From: Gammaproteobacteria bacterium
GTDB lineage: Bacteria > Pseudomonadota > Gammaproteobacteria > Eutrophobiales > Eutrophobiaceae
NCBI GenBank assembly: GCA_963422205.2
Contig: CAXMWX010000005.1
Location: 608,001-672,000 of the forward strand
Direction: 5' to 3'
DNA length: 64,000 bases
The notes beneath the pieces are model-generated. The model was not told where the DNA came from. It saw only the letters and a list, made by a program, of their open reading frames with translations, and made no database searches. A program made the translations under genes and the position numbers. Numbering within the stretch: the stretch's first letter is position 1; the number at the start of each line of letters is the position of its first letter. Below, piece by piece: positions 10,245-23,127 of this stretch.

Positions 10245-11777
10245 TCATATCTGCGGGTGTATTTTTTCGCCTAAGTTGTTGGCACGGTTGATGGCGTTAA
10301 TATACGCCTTGGCCGAGGCGGTGACGATATCGGTATCTGCACCACGGCCATTGACTACACGGCCGGCTTTTTTCACCCGCACGGTCACCTCGCCCTGGGA
10401 GTCTATACCCTCGGTAATATTATTGACGGAAAACAACAGCAACTCGCAACCGCTGGCCACGATGTTCTCGATCGCACTGAATGCGGCATCTACCGGGCCA
10501 TCGCCGGTTGACTCACACGACTTCTCGGCCCCGTTCACTGACACACAGACAGCCGCCACAGGAATCTCGCCCGTTGCCGTGCTGATGCGTATGCTGATCA
10601 ACTTGATCGCCTCCAGATCATCCAACAGGCCATCGGTGACAATGGCTTGCAGGTCCTCATCGTAGATTTCATGTTTTTTATCGGCCAATACCTTAAACCG
10701 GGCAAACGCCTCATCCAACTGCGGCTGGCCTTCAAATTCAAAACCAAGTTCAGCCAGGCGCGTCTTGAAGGCATTGCGCCCGGAATGCTTGCCCAACACC
10801 AGGCGATTATGACTCCAGCCCACATCCTCAGCGCGCATGATCTCATAGGTCTGGCGGCTCTTTATCACCCCATCCTGATGAATGCCGGACTCGTGTGCAA
10901 AGGCATTGGCGCCGACTATGGCCTTGTTCGGCTGTACCGGGAAACCGGTGATGTTGGCAATCAGCTTTGAGCAGGCCAAAATCTCCTCTGTCTGCAACTG
11001 CGTATCGCAGTTAAAATAATCCTGGCGGGTGCGTACCGCCATGACGATCTCCTCCAGGGCTGCATTGCCGGCACGCTCGCCAAGGCCATTGATGGTGCAT
11101 TCCACCTGCCGTGCGCCATGGCTCACCGCCGCCAGGGAATTGGACACGGCCAGCCCCAGATCATTGTGGCAATGCACGGAAAACACGGCCTTGTCGGCAT
11201 TGGGCACGCGCTCGATCAGCTGGCGGATGGTCTCGCCAAATTGCTCCGGTATGGCATAGCCGACCGTATCGGGGATATTTACCGTGCTCGCCCCGGCGGC
11301 AATCACGGCCTCAATGATACGGCACAGAAAATCCAGCTCCGAACGCCCGGCATCCTCCGGCGAGAACTCCACATCATCGGTATGGTTACGGGCGCGCCGC
11401 ACCGCCTTCACAGCCGCTGCCAGCACCTCATCCGGTTGCAACCTTAACTTCTCCCGCATGTGGATTGGCGAGGTGGCGATGAAGGTGTGTATGCGCCCGG
11501 CCACCGCTGGCTTCAAAGCATCAGCCGCCGTATCAATGTCTTTATCACCCGTCCTGGCGAGACCACACACCACACTGTCTTTAACCACCTCGGCAACCGA
11601 CTTGACCGCGGCAAAATCGCCCGGGCTGGCAATGGGAAAACCCGCTTCGATGACATCCACCCGCATTTTCTCCAGTGCCCTGGCCACACGGACCTTCTCG
11701 CTCCGGGTCATGGATGCGCCCGGGCTTTGCTCGCCATCGCGCAAAGTGGTATCAAAAATAATTAATTTATCCGGCAT
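10245..11777 (-). CDS. leuA: 2-isopropylmalate synthase
   Basis: [29 protein letters not shown]-terminal regulatory domain; start set at MPDKL. Confidence 0.97.
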   Translation of the reverse strand: MPDKLIIFDTTLRDGEQSPGASMTRSEKVRVARALEKMRVDVIEAGFPIASPGDFAAVKSVAEVVKDSVVCGLARTGDKDIDTAADALKPAVAGRIHTFIATSPIHMREKLRLQPDEVLAAAVKAVRRARNHTDDVEFSPEDAGRSELDFLCRIIEAVIAAGASTVNIPDTVGYAIPEQFGETIRQLIERVPNADKAVFSVHCHNDLGLAVSNSLAAVSHGARQVECTINGLGERAGNAALEEIVMAVRTRQDYFNCDTQLQTEEILACSKLIANITGFPVQPNKAIVGANAFAHESGIHQDGVIKSRQTYEIMRAEDVGWSHNRLVLGKHSGRNAFKTRLAELGFEFEGQPQLDEAFARFKVLADKKHEIYDEDLQAIVTDGLLDDLEAIKLISIRISTATGEIPVAAVCVSVNGAEKSCESTGDGPVDAAFSAIENIVASGCELLLFSVNNITEGIDSQGEVTVRVKKAGRVVNGRGADTDIVTASAKAYINAINRANNLGEKIHPQI

Positions 11778-11870
11778 GTCACGGCTCCAGTCAACATAGT
11801 AAATCACATGGGCAACCCTGCCTGGCAGAGTTGAGAGAATAGCAAAAGAATGTGGATGAGAATAATTGCC

Positions 11871-11960
11871 CTAGCAGGGCAGCAGCAAAGACAGACGTGC
11901 AACACCGAACAAGACTGGCTGAACACGCTGGGGGGGATAGTGTCTTGTGCTTTTGTGCAT
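11871..11960 (-). promoter_or_regulatory. Candidate leuA leader peptide (29 aa, Leu-rich end)
   Basis: MHKSTRHYPPQRVQPVLFGVARLSLLLPC*; GCCCT-GCT-AGGGC hairpin over the stop codon; alternative pairing partners closer to leuA. Confidence 0.5.
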
Positions 11961-11969
11961 ACCTTAAAA

Positions 11970-12266
11970 CTATAGCGACAAAATCCGAAAATGCAAGCCC
12001 TCCCCGCCTGCGATAAACTCTGGTGATGTCTTTACGTTAAACCGAATCTGCCGCTGCCGGTTTGTCAGGCAGCAGAATTTCAAGCCAAAAAATACCCGGA
12101 TCATCGGCTGATATGCCTGCGATTTTTCATATAAATCCACCAGCACCTTGCCCTGCAACCTGAATTTTGTCCCGTGGTTATGGCCGCTTCTTGCATTAAA
12201 ATCGATATAAATATCGCCCCTTTCAATGGCATCAATGAATTTATCTTTCGTCAGTGTTTCGAGCAA
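11970..12266 (-). pseudogene. C-terminal fragment of an MvaI/BcnI-family restriction endonuclease
   Basis: FIDAIERGDIYIDFNARSGHNHGTKFRL resembles the family C-terminus; there is no room for the N-terminal part. Confidence 0.55.
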
Positions 12267-12279
12267 CGTATTACAGTGG

Positions 12280-13023
12280 CTAGTGGGTCTCCTCTGTGCT
12301 TACCCGATTGGCGCGATGGCGCCTGAGCAATACCAGGGTCATGATCGGGCCGGAGGCGGCATAGCCCGATGCGAGCAAAAACAAGGTTAATGAGGGCTTG
12401 CTGGCAATGAACACAAAGATCAGCACGATAAGCAAAATCGTCACAAACGGCACCTTGCCGTGCAGGTTGATCTGCTTGAAACTGTGATAACGGATATTAC
12501 TCACCATCAACAGGCCAGCGAGCACAGTCACCGGGAAGGTGATGAACAGCCTGGTCGTGCCATCATGCAATCCATTCGCATCACCTAACCAGATCAAGCC
12601 GGCAATCACGGCGGCGGCGGCTGGGCTGGGCAGACCCTGAAAATACCGCTTGTCGGCACTGCCCGCCTGGGTGTTGAAACGCGCCAGACGCAAGGCAGCC
12701 GCCACCGCATAAATAAATGCCGCCAGCCAGCCCAGCTTGCCAAAGCCAAACAAGGACCACTGGTGCATCACCAGCGCCGGCGCCAGGCCGAATGAAACCA
12801 TGTCCGACAAGCTGTCATACTGCACACCAAAATCACTTTCGGTATGTGTCAGCCTGGCGATGCGGCCATCCATGCCATCCAGAATCATCGCCACAAAAAT
12901 TGCCATGGCAGCCGCTTCAAACTTGCCATCAATGGCCGCGATGATGGCATAAAAGCCAGCAAATAACGCCGCGGTGGTCAATAAATTAGGCAGTAAATAA
13001 ATACCCCGGCGGCGTGTCAGCAT
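12280..13023 (-). CDS. pssA: CDP-diacylglycerol--serine O-phosphatidyltransferase
   Basis: DGMDGRIAR...G..YDSLSD CDP-alcohol phosphatidyltransferase motif, LRLARFN, FQGLPSP. Confidence 0.95.
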   Translation of the reverse strand: MLTRRRGIYLLPNLLTTAALFAGFYAIIAAIDGKFEAAAMAIFVAMILDGMDGRIARLTHTESDFGVQYDSLSDMVSFGLAPALVMHQWSLFGFGKLGWLAAFIYAVAAALRLARFNTQAGSADKRYFQGLPSPAAAAVIAGLIWLGDANGLHDGTTRLFITFPVTVLAGLLMVSNIRYHSFKQINLHGKVPFVTILLIVLIFVFIASKPSLTLFLLASGYAASGPIMTLVLLRRHRANRVSTEETH

Positions 13024-13107
13024 AGCGGCTTTTCAATCGTACAGGTCATCGCACAACTATAGGGGCTGGATGGCTGTAAAATCAATCCGTAAACAGGCAG
13101 CCCGGGT

Positions 13108-13731
13108 TTAATCATGCACAAACCGGCCGAGTATATCACGCCCGGCCCGCAGTCTGTGCCCGGGCGCCAGATCATGACAGGTATTGGCCGGCAGATACAG
13201 ATCAACCCGGCCACTGAAATAGAGAAATCCCACCACATTCCCCTGCCCTACCCGCTGGCCCGTGATGAATTGCATCTTCACCAGGGGGGCGGCCATGCCC
13301 AGTGCAAAACTCACCACCACATCATCCTGCTCATCGGTCTGAATCCAGCAGGTGTAGCGCCTGCCAGAGAATGTATCGGGACGCCGACTACGCCAAAGCT
13401 GCATCACCTTGCCCTCTATCGGGCTGCGTAAGGTGGGCGCATCCAGCCAGCCCAGGTGAAGGCTGAGCTTGAGTGCATCACGTTTTAACCAGGGATCGCC
13501 GGCGTCCTCCCTACCCACGATCAGCCCGTCAACCGGACTGACAATGGCCAGTGGCACAGCGGGCACAGAGACGGGCGGACGGCGAGACAGAGCGGCCAAC
13601 AGCAAGGCCAGGAGCAGTATCGCTGAGGCGGATAACCCGCCCGCCTGATGCCAGCACAGCACCGCCACCAGCACCAACAGCAGGAGGATGGGCCTGCTCG
13701 CTGGCAAGCGCGGAAAGTTGCTGGCGGGCAT
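13108..13731 (-). CDS. Phosphatidylserine decarboxylase homologue with degenerate active-site motifs
   Basis: IVSPVDG, RSPIEG, RVDLYLP and ilvC-psd-pssA synteny; FSGR replaces FGSR. Confidence 0.75.
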   Translation of the reverse strand: MPASNFPRLPASRPILLLLVLVAVLCWHQAGGLSASAILLLALLLAALSRRPPVSVPAVPLAIVSPVDGLIVGREDAGDPWLKRDALKLSLHLGWLDAPTLRSPIEGKVMQLWRSRRPDTFSGRRYTCWIQTDEQDDVVVSFALGMAAPLVKMQFITGQRVGQGNVVGFLYFSGRVDLYLPANTCHDLAPGHRLRAGRDILGRFVHD

Positions 13732-13776
13732 TATGCCTCTTGCATCAGCCCGGCTGTGCCGACACTCAGGGTAAAG

Positions 13777-13804
13777 CTCAACCCGGAACCCTCAACCCGG
13801 AACC
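13777..13804. repeat. Perfect 14-bp tandem duplication
   Basis: ctcaacccggaacc x2 immediately downstream of ilvC. Confidence 0.85.
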
Positions 13805-13807
13805 GGC

Positions 13808-15341
<1,534 letters not shown>

Positions 15342-15342
<1 letters not shown>

Positions 15343-17084
15343 CAGGCCAGCTCCCGGACAGCGGCAGATGGTGCCAGGTGCATCTCATGCTGCCCTTTAC
15401 CAGCCGCTATCATGGGATAGACATTCTCATGACGATCGGTAATCACATCCATCAACACTACCCTGTCCTTAATCGCCAGCGCCGCTTTAAGGGCCGCTTT
15501 AACATCAGCCGTCTTGTCGATACGCATACCGACATGACCGAAGCTCTCGGCCAGCCTGGTGAAATCCGGCAAGGCATCCATGTAGGAATGCGAGTAACGC
15601 TTATCGTAGAAGAACTCCTGCCATTGCCTGACCATGCCCATATAGCGATTATTCAAACTGACGATCAGCACGGGTGTGTTGTATTGCAGGCAGGTGGAAA
15701 GCTCCTGAATACACATCACCAGGCTGGCCTCGCCGCTGATGCAAACCACTGTCTCATCAGGAAACGCCATCTTCACGCCCATGGCGGCGGGCAGGCCAAA
15801 CCCCATCGTGCCAAGACCGCCCGAATTGATCCAGCGCCTCGGCTTGTCAAACTTGTAATACTGTGCCGCCCACATCTGATGCTGCCCCACATCAGAAGTC
15901 ACATAGGCATCGCCCCCGGTCAGCTCATAGAGCGTCTCAATGACGTACTGCGGCTTGATCACCTCGGTGTTCCGATCATAGTGCAGGCAGTTAATCGAGC
16001 GCCATTGATTGATCTGCTGCCACCAGCCGGCCAGGGCCTTGCTATCAGGCGAGCGTTTATTTTTATCCAGTAACCTCAGCATGTCCTGCAAGACATGTTT
16101 GACATCGCCGACGATCGGGATATCCACCGGCACATTTTTCGATATGGAAGCCGGATCGACATCGATATGAATGATCCTGGCGTGCGGGCAGAATTTCCCC
16201 AGATCCCCGGTCACCCGATCATCAAAACGCGCACCGATCGCAATCAGCACATCACAATGGTGCATGGCCATATTGGCCTCATAGGTACCGTGCATACCCA
16301 ACATGCCGATGAACTGCCGATCTGATCCGGGATAAGCGCCCAGCCCCATCAGCGTGTTGGTAATCGGGTAGTCCAGCTGACGGGTAAACCTGACAAGCTC
16401 CTCGCTCGCCTCAGCCAGGATAACCCCGCCGCCACTGTAGATCATCGGCTGGCGGGCGGACAGTATCAGTTTTACCGCACGCTTGATCTGCCCCGGATGG
16501 CCTTTGACGGTCGGGCGATAGGAGCGCATATCCACCGTCCTGGGATAGACATACTCGCAGGAGTCCGCGGTCACGTCTTTGGGAATGTCCACCAGCACCG
16601 GCCCGGGACGACCACTCAAGGCCACATAAAACGCTTTTTTGATCGTACTGGCCAGCTCGCTGACCTGCTTGATCAGAAAATTATGCTTCACGCAGGGGCG
16701 ACTGATGCCAATCGCATCGACTTCCTGAAAGGCATCATTGCCGATCAGCGGTGTCGGCACCTGGCCGCTGAACACAACCAGGGGAATGGAATCCAGATAA
16801 GCGGTGGCAATACCGGTAACCGCATTGGTCATGCCCGGGCCGGAGGTCACAAGCACCACGCCGGGCCGGCCGGTGGCACGGGCATACCCATCGGCGGCAT
16901 GGGTAGCACCCTGCTCATGACGCACCAGGATATGCTCGACCGCCGTCTGCTGATATAACTCATCGTAGATATGCAGCACCGCCCCGCCCGGGTAGCCGAA
17001 CACATGCTTAACCCCCTCATCCTGCAACGCCCTGACAAAGATCTCGGCGCCGCGCAAAATCTCGCCCGCTTTACTCACGATCAT
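15342..17084 (-). CDS. ilvI: Acetolactate synthase large subunit
   Basis: [34 protein letters not shown]. Confidence 0.96.
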
Positions 17085-17276
17085 TGACCACAGTATCTAC
17101 CCACCGATCCCTTGCATTTATTCATGCGAAACCCACAGAAGCTACTGATAACCCAGAAAAAAGTCAAGTTGTGCTTTGCACCAACCGCTATCTTGCGCCC
17201 GCCTGGCTGAAGCGATTTTCAGCATTTCATCGACAATCAGGTTAAGATGCCCAGCTTTGCCGGATTGACGATACCC

Positions 17277-18986
17277 ATGCGTAGTTCACACCTGTTACTT
17301 GCCACCTTACGCGAAGCACCGGCCGATGCCGAGCTTATCAGTCATCGGCTGATGCTGCGTGGTGGCATGATACGGCAACTGGCGGCTGGCATTTACACCT
17401 GGCTGCCGCTGGGGCTGAAGGTGTTGCGTAAGGTGGAAGCCATCGTGCGCGAGGAGATGGATAACATCGGCGCACAGGAAGTGCTGCTGCCGGGCGTACT
17501 GTCTGCTGAACTCTGGCGCGAATCCGGGCGCTGGGATGAGTACGGGCCGGAGTTGTTACGTTTTTGCGACCGACATGAACGTGATTTTTGTCTCGGCCCG
17601 ACCCATGAAGAGGCCATCACCGATCTGGTGCGCCGGGAGATTCGCAGCTACAAGCAGCTGCCCGCCAACTTCTACCAGATTCAAACCAAGTTCCGGGATG
17701 AGATCCGGCCGCGGTTCGGCATCATGCGGGCGCGCGAATTTCTGATGAAGGATGCGTACTCCTTTCATCTGCATCAGGATTGCCTGCAACAGACCTATGA
17801 GCAGATGCACCAGGGCTACTGCCGCATATTCGATCGCCTTGGCCTGAAGTACCGGGCGGTGCTGGCAGACTCCGGCAACATCGGCGGCAACCTGTCGCAT
17901 GAGTTCCACGTGCTGGCCGACTCCGGTGAGGATAAAATTGCCTTCAGCGAGGAGGGGGATTTTGCGGCCAATGTTGAGTTGGTGCCGGTGGTGATGGAGG
18001 CCGACCGACCGCCGGTGCCGGGCAAGCCGATGAGTAAAGTGGCCACGCCTGACCAGCACAGCATCGATGAGGTCAGCCAGTATTTATCCAGCCGCCCGAT
18101 GCACTGCATCAAGACGCTGATCGTCAATGGCAGGGAGGATACGCTGGTGGCCTTGTTGTTGCGTGGCGATCATGAACTCAATCGCATCAAGGCCGAAGCA
18201 CTGTCCCAAGTCGCAAGCCCCTTGACCATGGCCGATGCCAGCGAGATTAAAAAACGCACCGGCAGCGATATCGGCTCCCTCGGCCCGGTCGGGCTGGATA
18301 TCCCCATCATCGCCGATCATGCCGTCCTACACATGGCGGATTTTATCTGTGGTGCCAATGAGGCCGGCTTTCACTTGACCGGGGTCAACTGGCAACGTGA
18401 TCTGGACACGCCCGAAGCGGCTGATTTGCGCCAGGCAGTCGATGGCGATGCCGCACCCGATGGCAGCGGCAAACTCCGCATTCGTTGTGGCATTGAAGTC
18501 GGCCATATCTTTCAGCTGGGCAGAAAATACAGCCGGGCCATGAAGGCGACTTGCCTGGATGAGCAGGGCCAGGCGGTCGTCCTGCTCATGGGGTGTTACG
18601 GCATCGGGGTGTCCCGAATCGTTGCCGCCGCTATTGAGCAGAATCATGATGCACACGGCATCATCTGGCCGGACAGCCTCGCCCCGTATCAACTCAGCCT
18701 GATCCCGATACATGCCCATAAATCACAGCGGCTTAGGGCGGCGGTGGAGAGGCTCTACCATGAACTGCTGGAGGCGGGCGTGGCGGTGTTGCTCGATGAC
18801 AGAAAAGAACGCCCGGGGGTGATGTTTGCTGATCAGGAATTGATCGGTATTCCGCATCGGCTTGTTTTCAGCGAGCAGGGACTGGATGAAGGCCGGCTGG
18901 AATACAAACGACGAAGAGATAAACACAGCATGGCTGTCAAGCTGAATGAGGCCGTCAACTTTTGCAGACAGGGGTTTGGGGCGTAA
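17277..18986 (+). CDS. proS: Proline--tRNA ligase
   Basis: [32 protein letters not shown]; INS editing domain. Confidence 0.97.
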   Translation: MRSSHLLLATLREAPADAELISHRLMLRGGMIRQLAAGIYTWLPLGLKVLRKVEAIVREEMDNIGAQEVLLPGVLSAELWRESGRWDEYGPELLRFCDRHERDFCLGPTHEEAITDLVRREIRSYKQLPANFYQIQTKFRDEIRPRFGIMRAREFLMKDAYSFHLHQDCLQQTYEQMHQGYCRIFDRLGLKYRAVLADSGNIGGNLSHEFHVLADSGEDKIAFSEEGDFAANVELVPVVMEADRPPVPGKPMSKVATPDQHSIDEVSQYLSSRPMHCIKTLIVNGREDTLVALLLRGDHELNRIKAEALSQVASPLTMADASEIKKRTGSDIGSLGPVGLDIPIIADHAVLHMADFICGANEAGFHLTGVNWQRDLDTPEAADLRQAVDGDAAPDGSGKLRIRCGIEVGHIFQLGRKYSRAMKATCLDEQGQAVVLLMGCYGIGVSRIVAAAIEQNHDAHGIIWPDSLAPYQLSLIPIHAHKSQRLRAAVERLYHELLEAGVAVLLDDRKERPGVMFADQELIGIPHRLVFSEQGLDEGRLEYKRRRDKHSMAVKLNEAVNFCRQGFGA

Positions 18987-19014
18987 CCCCTGTCACACCG
19001 TGGTTGACTGACAT

Positions 19015-19290
19015 TCATTGCCTGATCTCAAATTCAGAAAACTCACCATCGGCAATCTGCTGCCAGTTAAGCCGGGTGATTTGTGCCTGTGGCGGCCCGA
19101 CTCTCAGCCACGCCTGAAATAGCGCAAGGGCGGCCTCATCACCTGTGACCACGCCCGTTACCGTACCAGCCTGGGTATTTCTCACCCAGCCATGCAGCCC
19201 AAGCTGCCCGGCCTGCTGTTTGCTTGACTGGCGAAACCAGACGCCCTGCACTCGCCCGTACACCTGAAATTCATACGTCTTGATCTTCAT
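19015..19290 (-). CDS. acyP: Acylphosphatase
   Basis: VYGRVQGVWFR and GWVRN motifs. Confidence 0.92.
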   Translation of the reverse strand: MKIKTYEFQVYGRVQGVWFRQSSKQQAGQLGLHGWVRNTQAGTVTGVVTGDEAALALFQAWLRVGPPQAQITRLNWQQIADGEFSEFEIRQ

Positions 19291-19396
19291 GTCGGTCTGA
19301 AAGATTATCCTGAAAGTGATGTAAAGAGAAACGACAATGCAGCACTTCATCATGCTTCAAACACGGCGATGATTTTTATATCCTATCGCCAATGAA

Positions 19397-19519
19397 TATC
19401 ACAATGCACCCTAAGCCTCGCTGTTCCAACTCAAGACAGGCACTGGCCTTGTTACCGCCCAGGGTATCACGCCGGACAGTGAACGCCCGATTGCCATCGT
19501 TGATGATAAGGCCGCCTGA
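19397..19519 (+). pseudogene. Eroded ArsC-family (arsenate reductase) gene remnant
   Basis: Fragments YHN / PRCSNSRQALALL / AQGITP..ERPIAIVDDKAA* across frame changes; located just upstream of wrbA. Confidence 0.65.
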
Positions 19520-20140
<621 letters not shown>

Positions 20141-20205
20141 ATTGAAACCGTGCTATTGAAGCCGTGCTGACGAAGGCACAGCGCAATCAGCAATCGTTCG
20201 GAGAA

Positions 20206-20937
20206 TCACCCGGCGCCCCCGCCCTGGCCTGTGTGTAATAATTCCCGCACAAAGGGCACGGTCAGTTTTTTTTGTGCGATTAGCGTGCTGTCATCCAGCC
20301 TGTCCAGCCAGCTTAAGATCCCGGGCACATCACGGGGGATATGCGATAATAAATAATCTGCCACCTCATCGGGAATTTCAAAGCCCCGATAATCTGCCCT
20401 GAGTTGCAATGCCTGTTTTTTACCCCCATCGTCCAGCGACTGAAGATGATAAACATGATCACCCACAAAGCGGGAGCGTAAATCTTCCAGCATAATCGCA
20501 CTGACAACCGGGTTGGTGCGGGCGCTCATCAATAACGGGGTGGCCGCTGCTTTCAGCTGATTGAACAAATTAAACACGGCGTGTTCCCATGCGGCCTGTC
20601 CGGCGATGGCATCCACATCGTCAATGCTGACCAAATCCAGCACATCAAGATTATCCAGCATATCCGGGACGAACTCATCCGCCCGGCCAAACGGGATATA
20701 CACACTGGTCAGTTTGTGTTGACCGGCCAAGTGGCAGGCAGCCTGAAGTAAATGGCTTTTCCCCACACCACTTGCCCCCCACAGAAAAATATTGTTGCTC
20801 TCCCTGCCGCTGGCCTGGCGGATAATATGCTCAACGGCCAGGTGATTGCGGCCAGGCAGATAGGAATCAAATTCCAGCGGGTCGAATCTGGCAAAGGGTA
20901 ACAGCAGTTGTTCCTGCCGGTGGCTTAACCCGGTCAC
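20206..20937 (-). CDS. hda: DnaA regulatory inactivator Hda
   Basis: QLLLPF clamp-binding motif, GASGVGKSHL, DLRSR, LTVPFV. Confidence 0.93.
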   Translation of the reverse strand: MTGLSHRQEQLLLPFARFDPLEFDSYLPGRNHLAVEHIIRQASGRESNNIFLWGASGVGKSHLLQAACHLAGQHKLTSVYIPFGRADEFVPDMLDNLDVLDLVSIDDVDAIAGQAAWEHAVFNLFNQLKAAATPLLMSARTNPVVSAIMLEDLRSRFVGDHVYHLQSLDDGGKKQALQLRADYRGFEIPDEVADYLLSHIPRDVPGILSWLDRLDDSTLIAQKKLTVPFVRELLHTGQGGGAG

Positions 20938-21995
20938 GGTGAATACAACTCGCTGTTCATATACTGTGCGTGCATATAACGTAATAACACCATGACGATG
21001 GCGGCCACGGGCAAGGCCAGCAGGATGCCGACAAAGCCGAACAACTGCCCGCCCGCCATCACCGCAAAAATGACGGCGACCGGATGCAGACCAATCCGCT
21101 CGCCCAGCAACAGGGGCGATAAGACCATGCCTTCAATCAGCTGTCCCAGTGCGAACACCATGGCAACATAGACAAGATGCAGGATGTCCTGATACTGCAT
21201 AAAGGCGACGATGGCAGCGATACTGATGCCGATAATCCCGCCCAGATACGGCACAAAACTGACGATCCCGGCCAGCATACCGATCAACAGGGCGAACTCC
21301 ACGCCCGCCAGCCATAGACCGAGCGAATAAATAAACCCCAGAGCGGACATCACCAGCAACTGACCACGCAGAAATTCCGCCAACACCTGATCACATTGTT
21401 TTGCCAGCGTGCTGATCACCGGCTCATAGGTGCGCGGAATGAGATCGCATATCCTGGCGAGCAGGAGATCCCAGTCACGCAAGAGATAGAACGTAACGAC
21501 CGGGATCAATATCAGGTAGGTCAGCCAGATAATGATTGCCTGGCCGGAATGCGATACCCGGCCCAGCACAAACGTCAGCACATTGCCCACATCACGCCAG
21601 TTATTCATCAAGGTATTTTTCAACGCCTCCAGATGAATAGCATCGGCGGGCACGCCAATGAATCTCGCCAGTGTCGGGATAAGCTGATCCTGCACCCAGC
21701 CTATCATGATCGGCAGGCGGTTAAAAAAGGCATTGAATTGCTCTTGCAGCAGGGGCATGAGGATTAACAACAAGGCCAGGGCGAGCAACATCATAAACAA
21801 GAACACAATACAGACGGCCACGATGCGGGACAGCCCACGGGCCTGCAGGCGATCAGTGACCGGATCAGCCAGATAGGCGATTAAGGCGGCGATCAGAAAA
21901 GGGATCAGCACTGGTGAGAGCAGATAGATTATCCAGCCGCTGAAGATCAACAGCAGCAGATAAAACCAGCGCCGTGAATAGAGATTGTCAATCAT
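20934..21995 (-). CDS. AI-2E family transporter (PerM-like)
   Basis: Multi-TM protein; FLRGQ, FVPYLG, IGLHPV motifs; synteny with hda and purM. Confidence 0.9.
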   Translation of the reverse strand: MIDNLYSRRWFYLLLLIFSGWIIYLLSPVLIPFLIAALIAYLADPVTDRLQARGLSRIVAVCIVFLFMMLLALALLLILMPLLQEQFNAFFNRLPIMIGWVQDQLIPTLARFIGVPADAIHLEALKNTLMNNWRDVGNVLTFVLGRVSHSGQAIIIWLTYLILIPVVTFYLLRDWDLLLARICDLIPRTYEPVISTLAKQCDQVLAEFLRGQLLVMSALGFIYSLGLWLAGVEFALLIGMLAGIVSFVPYLGGIIGISIAAIVAFMQYQDILHLVYVAMVFALGQLIEGMVLSPLLLGERIGLHPVAVIFAVMAGGQLFGFVGILLALPVAAIVMVLLRYMHAQYMNSELYSP

Positions 21996-23050
21996 GGCAA
22001 CATCCGGTAGGTGTTGGCCTTTGCACCGGCAACCGCCTGCAACACCCGGCCGAGTTCAATGGCCTGTGCTATCGCTTTATCGCCGCCATGGGCGGTTAAT
22101 GACAAGGTGAGCTTATCGGCATCGGCCTCGATCACATCAACCGTCTTGATCGCAGATAGGGACTCAAGATAATGCAGCACACTGGCATAATCGTCCACCG
22201 AAGCTACCTGATTGACAAACAGGCGAAACTCGCTCAGGCCGCCGTCCGCCATGTACTTGACAGCCAGGCTGTCCACCAGCACATCCAGCCCCTCATCCAG
22301 CACCAGTGCCAGCAGATCAGCCTTAGTATGCCAGCCTGAAACCTCGCCATCCGCCGCATGCGCCGTCCAGTCTGCCTGCCATAACCCCGCAGAGGGCGAG
22401 TTGACATGACCAATTAAAACAATGTCCGGCTGGTAGCGCTCGGCGGCGATAAGGATGGACTCGGTAAACCCGCCCAGGATATCCCCCGGCTGCACAGCAC
22501 GGCCATCTTGCAGATCCATCAGCGGAAAGAGCAGGCTGATGCCGCGTTGTTCGGCCCGGCGGTAGAGTATCTCCAGCACAGCAGGCGTTTGCTCCAGGCT
22601 GGCCATCAGCCGCTTGTTATCCTGCTGCACCAGCAACCACAGCAGGACGGCAGGCCGCTCATTGCCCCACAGGTTCACGCCTGCAAGACGCAAATCGTGG
22701 CTGAGGGTCGCCTCATCAAAGCTGACCGTTAGCATCAGTTGAGGGACAGCCCGGCCAGTATCCGCATCAATTTCCCGGCCCTGACGATAGCTGAACTGCT
22801 GCACATAGCTGCCCGCCTTGCTCACTATGCCGCGTAACTCCGGTTTCAGGGCGGCACGGCGATCACCGGTCAATTTGACCAGCACGATCTTCAGGGCGGT
22901 TGCAATCGCCTGCCTTCGAGTCTGCTCGCGTTTATCGGCTATGCGGGCCTCCGCCTGATACAGGCCCGTCACCCGAACAGCGAAACAGTCAGGGATGAGC
23001 GCACCATGCAGCAGCAAAACGGCCAGAGAAATGGCCAGGCACCGGATCAT
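21992..23050 (-). CDS. DUF2066-like exported protein
   Basis: Signal peptide, LYQAE, VLVKLTG, WGNERP, LFPLMDLQD; divergent from purM. Confidence 0.8.
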   Translation of the reverse strand: MIRCLAISLAVLLLHGALIPDCFAVRVTGLYQAEARIADKREQTRRQAIATALKIVLVKLTGDRRAALKPELRGIVSKAGSYVQQFSYRQGREIDADTGRAVPQLMLTVSFDEATLSHDLRLAGVNLWGNERPAVLLWLLVQQDNKRLMASLEQTPAVLEILYRRAEQRGISLLFPLMDLQDGRAVQPGDILGGFTESILIAAERYQPDIVLIGHVNSPSAGLWQADWTAHAADGEVSGWHTKADLLALVLDEGLDVLVDSLAVKYMADGGLSEFRLFVNQVASVDDYASVLHYLESLSAIKTVDVIEADADKLTLSLTAHGGDKAIAQAIELGRVLQAVAGAKANTYRMLP

Positions 23051-23127
23051 TGGTTATTCATGCCCCCAGGAGTTAAGTCATCGTGTCCATGTTTGCGCCA
23101 TTTTACAGCGAACGATACTATGCCGCC

